This document shows positions 43,700 through 52,010 of a stretch of 64,000 nt of DNA, piece by piece. The notes beneath the pieces are model-generated. The model saw nothing but the letters and a program-made list of their open reading frames with translations, ran no database searches and was not told the origin of the DNA. Origin of the DNA: a virus. Position 1 is the first letter of the stretch, and each line of letters begins with the position of its first letter. Both the position numbers and the translations under genes were made by a program. The stretch spans positions 528-64,527 of IMG/VR virus record IMGVR_UViG_3300002461_000585; one strand, written 5' to 3'.

Positions 43700-46600
43700 A
43701 TGGCCCAGTACCTCCCCCTGCCGGATGGATCTTTCGTAACCGTACGTGAGGGGGAGCAGCCAGCTGACGCGTGGGAGCGAGCCCAGCGCGAATACCCCAC
43801 CGCCTTCGGAATCACGCCCCCCGAGCCCGCTCCTGGTGAGCAGCCCCAAGGCGGCTTCATGCCCGCGCTCAAGGCAGGCGCACAACGTCTTGCCGGCCAG
43901 GGGGCACTGGCAGCAGGCAAAGCCGGGATCATCGAGCCCCAGACCGCTGAGGAATTCAACGCCGCGCGGCAGAAGCGCGCGGGCGAGATCTTCAAGCCCA
44001 CCGAAGAGTCGTTCATCGACGCGCCGGTGCAGAACGTCAAAGAGATGCTGGGCGGCTCGCTGCCGTACATGGCGGCCCCACTGGCCGTTGCCGGCGGCGC
44101 GGCGCTTGCTGGTGCCCCTGCGCTCGCAGGTGCAGGCCTTGCCGGTCTGGCCTCGGGCGCGCAGTTCTTCGGCTCGAACCTCGACCGCAGCATGCAGGCC
44201 AACAACACGTCGCTGGAAAACACCAGCGGCACCAACGCAGCCCTTGCCGCCGTGCCCCAAGCTGCGCTGGACGTGATCGGCTTCCGCTTCCTCCCTGTCG
44301 TCGGCAAGCTGTTCGGGGCCGCCGGCCAGAAGGTGACCGCCGAGACCGCCAAGGAGATGGCCGCCCAGACCGCCAAGCAGGTCGCGATGGAGTACGCGCA
44401 GCGCACCGGCAAGGCAATGACGGCCGAGGGCCTCACCGAGACCGTGCAGCAGGTGCTGGAGCGCGCGCAAGCGGGTCTGGCCACCGTGGACCCCGAGGCA
44501 CGTGCCGAGTACCTGCAGAGCTTCTTTGGCGGTGCCATCATGGCCGGTGCCTTGGCCCCCGCCGGCGTGGCCGTCGACCGCAGCGGCGCGCGGCGCCAGA
44601 GCCAAGGCATGGCCGACGAGGAAGAGAAGAAGCGGCTGGCCGCCGAGCAGCAGGCTGTGCAGCAGCGCGAAGCCGGGTTGATCGAAGCAGAGCGCAACGC
44701 TCCTGCCGCTGTGATGCCCGACACAGGTGCCGCGCAGGGCTCGCTGCCCGGCATGGAGAACACGCCCGACCCTGAGGCCGCACCGAGCACGCCCGAGGAC
44801 CCTGTGCAGCGGGCTGCGTTCCTACGCGCCACCATTCCGCAGATCGACGCCCGCATGGACGAGATCCGCCAGTCGAACCTGGGCGGAGCCACGCTGGCAC
44901 AGCGCACCGAGCGCGAGCGCCTGATGGATCAGTTCCGCCAAGCCAAGTCGCTGGCCGAGCAGGAACTCAAGGCGCTGGATCTGCCCGACCCGCGTGAAGC
45001 GGGCAAGCGCGTGGCCGCCCTGCAGAAGCAACTGCAGAAAGCCGATGAGGCAGGCGACACCGCCAAGGCACTGCGCATCGCCGAGCAGATCGATGCCATG
45101 GGCGGCGCACAGGGCTCGCTCGAACTGGGCAAGACCCGCAACATCGACATCGAAGGCAACAACCAGCGCGCTTTCACCCAGCTGACCAAAGAGGAGTTGG
45201 CGCGGCGTGACGAGCAGCTGCGTGCGCAGCGCACCGGCGGTGACGACACCACCATGGACCTGTTCCGGGACAGCACCGAGCAGGCCGACGCGCAGCGTGA
45301 CGAAGGCAACTTCAACTACGAACTCGACCGCATCAAGGACGCCGCCGGCGGCGTTGGCCAAGCCACGCAGCAGCCCCGTCTGTTTGAAGACCCAGAAGAG
45401 ATGCGCCGCGTAGGCTCAGGAACGGCCGGCACCGTCCGCAGCGAAGCACAGATCCTGACCGACATGGACATCGCTCGTGCCAGCCGCGACAAAGCCCGCC
45501 TCGGCGATCTGGCCCAGGAACTGCGCGCGCTGCGCGACAGCACGCGTACGCGCGATACAACGGCCAAGGCTGGCCCCGGCGAAGCCCCCGCTGCAGGCGA
45601 CCGCAGTCTGGAGCAGGCCACTGGCATGAAGGTGCCCGAGGACACGGCGCGCCGCCAGTCGTTCACCGACGCACGCTACCGCTCCTTTGGCCAGATGGTC
45701 TCCACGCTGGACCGGTTCAACCGTGGCCGTGCCGATGGCGCTGCTTTGAAGCAGGCCGAGCAGGGTGTGATTGACAACCTTGTGCGAGAAATCGACAACC
45801 TTACCGGCGACCCCATGACCACCATGGAGCGTCAGAGCGTCATGGCCGAGGCGCGTGACCTGCTGTCCGACCTGAAGCGTCGCTTCGGCGACACGCGCGA
45901 GGAAGTGAACCTGGGCACCCGCAAGGAGCCCCAGATGGAGGCCGTGCAGCGGCGCAGCGGCGAGTTCCGCACCGACCTGCCGGCCGAGGGTGCTGGCCCC
46001 ACCGGTATGGGCCTGGAGAACTTCGAGACGCAAGATCGAGGCGCTCGTACTTTCAGCAACCGCTACGCCGCTGCACAGAGCATTCTGGAAGGCCTGGACG
46101 AGATCCGCAACCGCCGTGCTGGCACGCTGGCGAACCGAATCGCCGTCGACCGCACCGACATCAAGCGCAACGATGGGGAACGTCTGGCCACTGCGCAGGC
46201 GCAAGCGCGGGGTACACCTGCCGAAGCACTTGTGGACCGCGTCGCCACGTCACGGGTCAAGCGCCCAAGCATGATCAACAACGCTGTCGAAGCTGCAATG
46301 CGCGCGCAGCGCGGTCAGGCCTTTGAAGAACAACAGCGCGCCATCGACGAAGAGATGCGCACGCTGGAACGCGGCATCGACTCCGAAACGGATCAGGTTC
46401 GTGCACCACGCGAGCGGGACCTCACAGACGCTGAGATCGATCAGCTGCGTCCGACCGATCTTGAGGGGCGCACCACGACCACCGAGATGGCCCCCACGGG
46501 GGAGACCGTGCGCGGCGTGCAGAAAGACTTGGGGCTGCCCGGCGACGAAGCCCTGCGCGGAAAAACCTTCGACACCTTCGAGGAGTTCGACGCGTACCTC

Positions 46601-49600
46601 GCCGGCGACGCGCTGGCTGCGCTGAAGCTGACCCAAGGCCAGACACGTGAGACGCTCACCCGGTTGATCAAGACCGTCATGCCGCTGCAAAAGCAGAGTG
46701 CGGCACTGGAGAAGCAGGCGCAGGCGCTGCTGGAGAAGCGGGCGTCTCTGCTGGAGCTCAACGACCTGGAACTGGCCGTGGCGCGCAGCCAAGTGGCGGA
46801 CGGCGAAGCAGCCCTCGCCGCCGCGCAGGCCAACATGGACAACGCCATCGCGGACTACAACGACGCGTTCATCGAGGCCCAGCAGAAGCTGCAGGCTGCG
46901 CTGGATGAGGACGCCCAGATCGCCGAGCAGGTGGCCGCCAACCTGAAGCAGCTGAACGAAGCAGGCGGCATGCGCGAGCGCGAACTCGGAACACTGCGCA
47001 AGAACCAGACGGCGCTCATCGACCTGTCCCGCAAGCTGGCCGACGCCAAGCAACAGCTGGCAGGTGCGCTGCCGGGCTTGATGAGCCCCGCGAACGCCGT
47101 CAACCGCTCCCAGCTGGCCGAGTACACACGCCTTGAGCGGCAAGTGACCGACCTGCAGCAGAAGCTCGTCGACGCCAGCACCCGGGCGCGGCAGGCGTAC
47201 AAGCCCGGACTGGACCGCGCGGCCTCGGATGGCCGTGCAATGGCGGACTTCCAACAGCAGGCACAGGAGCTTTCCCGTCAGCGCATGCTGCAGGCACGGC
47301 GTGTTGGGGGCCTCACCACGGCGCGCAACCGCGCTCAGACCGTGCTCAACGCAGCCGAAGCCGCGGCCAAGGCAGACCCGGAACTCTCGGCGCAGCTGGC
47401 CGCAGCCAACGACATCGCCGTCGTCGCACGCAGCTTGAGCAAAGACGCGGAGCGCAACGTGCAGGAACGCTCGGCCCAGGCAGAAGCACTGCGCAACGAG
47501 GCCGGCAGCCTGGGAGAGCGTGCGGGCGCGCTGCGCCGCCAGTCCACGGGTCGCATTGAAGAAGCCCGCCGCGCAGCGCAGCCGAAACCCGCAGGTGAGA
47601 AAGAGACCCAGCTGGACCGCGAAGCGCGTGATGGCCAGCGTCGCAAAGAAGAGCAGGCCGTGCTCGAGACTCGGCAGACGGGTCCGGGCACCACGCGCGA
47701 GTCGGTGTCGTTCGAGCCACGTCGTCTGGACCAGGAGAGCCTGGACGAAGCCAGCGCGCGCATGGCCGTGCTGGAAGACATCCTGGGCCGCGTGCCCATG
47801 AACGAAGATCAGCGTGCTGCCTTTGATGAAGCTGGCGTCGAGTACGCCGCACGCAGCGCCGCGCTGGAGAAGAAAGCGCAGGCTCGTCTGGAGAACGTCG
47901 AGGGCAAGCTGGCCGCCCAGCGCAAGCGCATCGAGATGCTGCAGCGCGCGCAGGCTGCGTACGACGCCGCCGAAGTCGACACCCCGGCTCGTGCCAAGGC
48001 GCAGGACCTCGTCGCCCGGCTCATGGACCAGCTGCAGAAGCAGGGCCAGAAACTCTCCAAGGCGTGGGGCATCAAGCGCGAGACGATCGTATCTGCCGCC
48101 GAGAAGCGCGCGCAGCCCGACACCCGCTCGCAGGCGAAGAAAAACGCCGACGCCGCCAGCGTCGATGCACTGTCCGAGAACCAGCCCAAGCGCCGCACCA
48201 GCAGCCCGGCCACACGCGAGACCCGCCAGACCGGAGGCTTCCGCACAGGCAACGCCGAGACGGCAGAGCAGCGCGCAGGTGCCCAGCGCCAGCGCATCAT
48301 CGAGTCCCGCCGCCCCAAGGAACGCGACACACCCGTCGGCCGCGCCGAGCAGGAAGTCGCCAACGCCGAAGCCAAGCGCATCAAGGACGAGGCCGCAGCT
48401 GCCAACAAAGAAGCGGAGATGCTCAAGAAGGGCACGCCGCCCAAGCGCCGCAAGCAGGCCGCTGACGCCCGCACCGTTGCCGAGGTGATCATCCAGGCCG
48501 CCACGCCCAAGACCCGTGGCCCCAAGACCCGGTCGCAAAGCGCCATCGACGACATCTACAACGACGGCGGGTTCGACGACGCGTTGATGCGCGAGGACGA
48601 CAAGTTCTACGACGACCGCGAGACCCACGACCTGAGTGAAGAGGGTGCCGAGGCCGCGTTTGACGGGCGCACGCTGGACGTGCTCGATGACATCGCCGCC
48701 AACGGCTCCACGCCGTTCATGCGTGAAGTGGCCCAGCGCCTGCGCCCCATGCTGCTGCGCACCCGGCTGCGCGTGCAGGACATGCTGGAGGTCAACGGCG
48801 TGCGTGCCGAGGGCGTCTTCTACCCTGCCCGCAACGAGGTGGTGATCGACAACTTCGCGATGACCCAGGAAGTGGTGCTGCACGAGATGGTGCACGCGGC
48901 CACCCTGCGCGCCATCGCCGGCGATGTGAAGCTGGACGCCAGCCAGCAAAAGGCGCTCGACGATCTGCAGGCGCTCTACGACACCGTCAAGGGCAGCCCG
49001 GAGTTCAAGTCGGAGTACGCCCGCAAGGACCTGGGTGAGTTCATCGCCGAACTGCTCTCCAACCAGAGCGTGCGGGACAAGCTCGACGCGGTGCAGGACC
49101 GCGGTCTCCTGGCCCGGATCTACGATGGCCTGTTGCGACTGCTGGGCCTGCGCGCCTCGGACAAGGCAGTGCAGGACGCGTTCAAACTCTTCGCACCCTC
49201 GCGTGACTTCGAGTACCGCTACGCCGGTGTGCCCAGCGTCATGCGCGGCGTGTTCCCGGGAATGCAGCCCGCGTTCAACCCCGACGTGCCGACCAGCCTG
49301 CGCTCGCTGGCCGAGAACACCGTGGGTCGCGAGCCCACCATCAAGGACAAGGTGCTGGCCAACGTGGCCGGCTTCCGCGCGCAGTTCGTCGACCGCTTCG
49401 ACCCCTACGAGAAGCTGCTCAAGCAAGGCGTTGACAAGGGGATGATCTCTTCGCTCCAGGCCTCGCAGTACAGCTTCTTCATGCGCTTCGGTGAGCAGCG
49501 CAACCAGTTCGTCGAGCAGGCCGCCACCAACGGCGTGCCCCAGGTGGTCAAGACGGCCGAGGGTGACTTCGTCATCGAGACCCCTGACGGCGAGCATGCC

Positions 49601-51841
49601 AACCTGATGAAGATCTCCCAGCTGCTGGGCAAGGCCAACGTGGGCAACGAGCAGGCCACCGAGCAGCTGTTCACCACCTACCTCGCCGTGCTGCGCGGTG
49701 AGCAGGTGGGCTTCGACAAGCTCAACTTCGACCGCCCCGTTACTCCCGCGCAGGCGCAGGAGGTCAAGGACTTCGTCAACGCCGATCCCCAGCGCAAGCA
49801 GGTGTTCGAAGAGGCGCGCAAGATGTACCGCGAGTACAACAACGACCTGCTGGACTTCCTCGGCCAGACCGGCGCCATGGACAAACCCACGGTGGCGGCG
49901 CTCAAGAAGGGCGACTACGTGCCCTACTACCGCCAGGACGCCAGCGGCGTGGTGAACCTCGTGATCGCAGGCGAGACGCCCGTGCGCATCGGCAACATCA
50001 AGGACCAGCCCTACCTCGCGGAACTGGTGGGCGGCAACGACAAGATCCTGCCGTTCTTCACCGGCGCGATGCAGAACACCTCGATGCTCATCGACATGGC
50101 GCTGCGCAACAAGCAGGCGATGGAGATCAGCAACATGCTCCAGACGCTGGGCCTGGGCAAGATCCGGCCGAACACCGGCCCCGACAACGGCAACACGGTG
50201 AACTTCAAGCTCAACGGCGAGCAGGTGCACCTGAACATCAACGACGCGGTCAAGAACTGGGGCGTGCCGGCCGAACTGCTGATCAAGGGCCTGGAAGGCA
50301 TCAAGACCACGCTGCCTGCAGGCCTGCGCGCCATGCAGATCCCAGCCAACCTGCTGCGCACCATGATCACCCGGGCGCCAGCCTACGCGGTGCGCCAGAT
50401 CATCCGAGAGCCAATCAACGCGTGGCTCACCTCGGGCGGCAACTTCACCCCGGTGGTCAGCAGCGTAAAAGAACTCACCAAGATCGTGCAGGGCAAGAGC
50501 GCCGCAGCGTCGAGCCTGGAGCGTTCAGGCGCAGTGAGTTCCAACGTCATCACCGGCGACCAGCAGGACCAAGCGCGCATTCTGCGTGACGTGGCAGCCG
50601 GCAAGACCGCGTGGCAGAAGGTGATGATGGCTGCCGACAAGTTCGCCATGCAGGGCGACACCGCCACCCGCGCCGTGCTCTACGACAAGTTCCGCAAGCA
50701 GGGGCTGACGCACATGCAGGCCACGCTGGGCGCGCTGGAGTCGATGAACTTCGCGCGCAAGGGCCTGTCGCCTACCATGCAGATGATGTCCATGCTGGTG
50801 CCGTTCTTCAACGCGCAGGTGCAGGGCCTGGATGTGATCTACCGCGCCGCCACCGGCCAGACCACGTTCGAGAAGAAGCTGGAGGTGCAGCAGAAGCTCC
50901 TGGCCCGAGGCGCCATGGTCGCCGCCGGCACGCTGGCCTACGCCGCCATGATGCAGGACGACGAGACCTACAAGAACGCCACCCCGGTGGAGCGCGCGCA
51001 GAACTGGTTCCTGCCGCTGCCGGGCATGGACGAGGCGCTGAAGATCCCGATCCCGTTCGAACTGGGCTTCGCGTTCAAAGCGCTGCCCGAGTTGATGCTC
51101 AACGTCGCCGCCGGCGACACGCAGGGCAAGGACGCGGTAAAGGCGATCGCCTCTCTGGCGTACCAGTCGGTGCCCATGGGGCTGCCCCAGGCTATCAAGC
51201 CGTCGCTGGAAGTGATCACCAACTACTCCCTGTACACGGGGGACGCTATCGAGGGCCGGCGCGAGCAGACGGTGCAGAAGGGCGAGCGGTTCCGCGACAA
51301 CACGACCGAGCTTGCCAAGATCCTGGGCAAGGCCGAGGTGCTCTCGCCGGTGCAGATTGATTACCTGATCCGCGGGCATTTGGGCGGCCTGGGCTTGACA
51401 CTGGTCGGCCTCTCCAACTTCGCGCTGCGCCCCATCAACCCGTCCGAGGGGCTGGCCGGCGGAGCCACCAAGACGGCGAACCAGCTGCCGCTGATTGGCG
51501 CGCTGTTCCAGCCTGCCGACGGCCGGGGCGTGATCGACGAGGCGTACAAGGACATCGAGTCGTGGCAGCAGGCCACCCAGACCTACAAGCGCATGATCGA
51601 GCAGGGGCGCCGGGCTGATGCAGCCAAGTTCGCGCAGGAGTTCAGCGGCCAGATCGCGCTCAACGCCACCGGCGGGGCCTTCCGGCAGCAGATGGGTGAG
51701 TTGGCCCAGGTCCGCCGTGCCGTGCTGGCCAACAAGGACATCACTCCGGAGCAGAAGCGGGCGCAGGTGGATCAGTTGCGGCAGGTGGAGTTGGCGCTCG
51801 CCCGGCAGATCCGCGACGCACAGCGTCGGGCAGGCGGCTGA
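43700..51841 (+). CDS. Giant internal virion polyvalent protein (2,713 aa): membrane-like N-terminus, long coiled-coil, zincin metallopeptidase (HEMVH), C-terminal LPD38-like domain
   Basis: GVFYP...VVLHEMVHAA at 48881-48895; NWFLP...KIPIPFELG...KALPE...IDYLIRG C-terminal pattern. Confidence 0.85.
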   Translation: MAQYLPLPDGSFVTVREGEQPADAWERAQREYPTAFGITPPEPAPGEQPQGGFMPALKAGAQRLAGQGALAAGKAGIIEPQTAEEFNAARQKRAGEIFKPTEESFIDAPVQNVKEMLGGSLPYMAAPLAVAGGAALAGAPALAGAGLAGLASGAQFFGSNLDRSMQANNTSLENTSGTNAALAAVPQAALDVIGFRFLPVVGKLFGAAGQKVTAETAKEMAAQTAKQVAMEYAQRTGKAMTAEGLTETVQQVLERAQAGLATVDPEARAEYLQSFFGGAIMAGALAPAGVAVDRSGARRQSQGMADEEEKKRLAAEQQAVQQREAGLIEAERNAPAAVMPDTGAAQGSLPGMENTPDPEAAPSTPEDPVQRAAFLRATIPQIDARMDEIRQSNLGGATLAQRTERERLMDQFRQAKSLAEQELKALDLPDPREAGKRVAALQKQLQKADEAGDTAKALRIAEQIDAMGGAQGSLELGKTRNIDIEGNNQRAFTQLTKEELARRDEQLRAQRTGGDDTTMDLFRDSTEQADAQRDEGNFNYELDRIKDAAGGVGQATQQPRLFEDPEEMRRVGSGTAGTVRSEAQILTDMDIARASRDKARLGDLAQELRALRDSTRTRDTTAKAGPGEAPAAGDRSLEQATGMKVPEDTARRQSFTDARYRSFGQMVSTLDRFNRGRADGAALKQAEQGVIDNLVREIDNLTGDPMTTMERQSVMAEARDLLSDLKRRFGDTREEVNLGTRKEPQMEAVQRRSGEFRTDLPAEGAGPTGMGLENFETQDRGARTFSNRYAAAQSILEGLDEIRNRRAGTLANRIAVDRTDIKRNDGERLATAQAQARGTPAEALVDRVATSRVKRPSMINNAVEAAMRAQRGQAFEEQQRAIDEEMRTLERGIDSETDQVRAPRERDLTDAEIDQLRPTDLEGRTTTTEMAPTGETVRGVQKDLGLPGDEALRGKTFDTFEEFDAYLAGDALAALKLTQGQTRETLTRLIKTVMPLQKQSAALEKQAQALLEKRASLLELNDLELAVARSQVADGEAALAAAQANMDNAIADYNDAFIEAQQKLQAALDEDAQIAEQVAANLKQLNEAGGMRERELGTLRKNQTALIDLSRKLADAKQQLAGALPGLMSPANAVNRSQLAEYTRLERQVTDLQQKLVDASTRARQAYKPGLDRAASDGRAMADFQQQAQELSRQRMLQARRVGGLTTARNRAQTVLNAAEAAAKADPELSAQLAAANDIAVVARSLSKDAERNVQERSAQAEALRNEAGSLGERAGALRRQSTGRIEEARRAAQPKPAGEKETQLDREARDGQRRKEEQAVLETRQTGPGTTRESVSFEPRRLDQESLDEASARMAVLEDILGRVPMNEDQRAAFDEAGVEYAARSAALEKKAQARLENVEGKLAAQRKRIEMLQRAQAAYDAAEVDTPARAKAQDLVARLMDQLQKQGQKLSKAWGIKRETIVSAAEKRAQPDTRSQAKKNADAASVDALSENQPKRRTSSPATRETRQTGGFRTGNAETAEQRAGAQRQRIIESRRPKERDTPVGRAEQEVANAEAKRIKDEAAAANKEAEMLKKGTPPKRRKQAADARTVAEVIIQAATPKTRGPKTRSQSAIDDIYNDGGFDDALMREDDKFYDDRETHDLSEEGAEAAFDGRTLDVLDDIAANGSTPFMREVAQRLRPMLLRTRLRVQDMLEVNGVRAEGVFYPARNEVVIDNFAMTQEVVLHEMVHAATLRAIAGDVKLDASQQKALDDLQALYDTVKGSPEFKSEYARKDLGEFIAELLSNQSVRDKLDAVQDRGLLARIYDGLLRLLGLRASDKAVQDAFKLFAPSRDFEYRYAGVPSVMRGVFPGMQPAFNPDVPTSLRSLAENTVGREPTIKDKVLANVAGFRAQFVDRFDPYEKLLKQGVDKGMISSLQASQYSFFMRFGEQRNQFVEQAATNGVPQVVKTAEGDFVIETPDGEHANLMKISQLLGKANVGNEQATEQLFTTYLAVLRGEQVGFDKLNFDRPVTPAQAQEVKDFVNADPQRKQVFEEARKMYREYNNDLLDFLGQTGAMDKPTVAALKKGDYVPYYRQDASGVVNLVIAGETPVRIGNIKDQPYLAELVGGNDKILPFFTGAMQNTSMLIDMALRNKQAMEISNMLQTLGLGKIRPNTGPDNGNTVNFKLNGEQVHLNINDAVKNWGVPAELLIKGLEGIKTTLPAGLRAMQIPANLLRTMITRAPAYAVRQIIREPINAWLTSGGNFTPVVSSVKELTKIVQGKSAAASSLERSGAVSSNVITGDQQDQARILRDVAAGKTAWQKVMMAADKFAMQGDTATRAVLYDKFRKQGLTHMQATLGALESMNFARKGLSPTMQMMSMLVPFFNAQVQGLDVIYRAATGQTTFEKKLEVQQKLLARGAMVAAGTLAYAAMMQDDETYKNATPVERAQNWFLPLPGMDEALKIPIPFELGFAFKALPELMLNVAAGDTQGKDAVKAIASLAYQSVPMGLPQAIKPSLEVITNYSLYTGDAIEGRREQTVQKGERFRDNTTELAKILGKAEVLSPVQIDYLIRGHLGGLGLTLVGLSNFALRPINPSEGLAGGATKTANQLPLIGALFQPADGRGVIDEAYKDIESWQQATQTYKRMIEQGRRADAAKFAQEFSGQIALNATGGAFRQQMGELAQVRRAVLANKDITPEQKRAQVDQLRQVELALARQIRDAQRRAGG

Positions 51842-52010
51842 ACCAGACGCCGTAGGCGCCTCGAACGATGGCGGGGCGACCCTCTGCCCTCACCCGAGCG
51901 CCTACGGCTGCCCTGAGGCCCATTTCGCGGACCTGGGCCACGTTGATGCAGGGCACGAAGAAGCCCTGCCCCACTTCAAGCCTGCTCCACGGCCACGTCA
52001 TCTTCACCAA
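51741..52010 (-). CDS. Small conserved phage protein (W..LEVGQGFFVPC)
   Basis: Recognisable motif; overlaps the primase 3' end and the giant gene 3' end. Confidence 0.55.
   Translation of the reverse strand: MVKMTWPWSRLEVGQGFFVPCINVAQVREMGLRAAVGARVRAEGRPAIVRGAYGVWFSRLPDAVRRGSAGRAPTPPAATDPPAPASAPE

Noticed and set aside
46250-50230. Very long antisense ORFs (also 26084-28123, 30986-32767, 41020-43008, 52195-54633, 10314-12278)
   Set aside because: Shadow frames of high-GC genes; no RBS or protein motifs.
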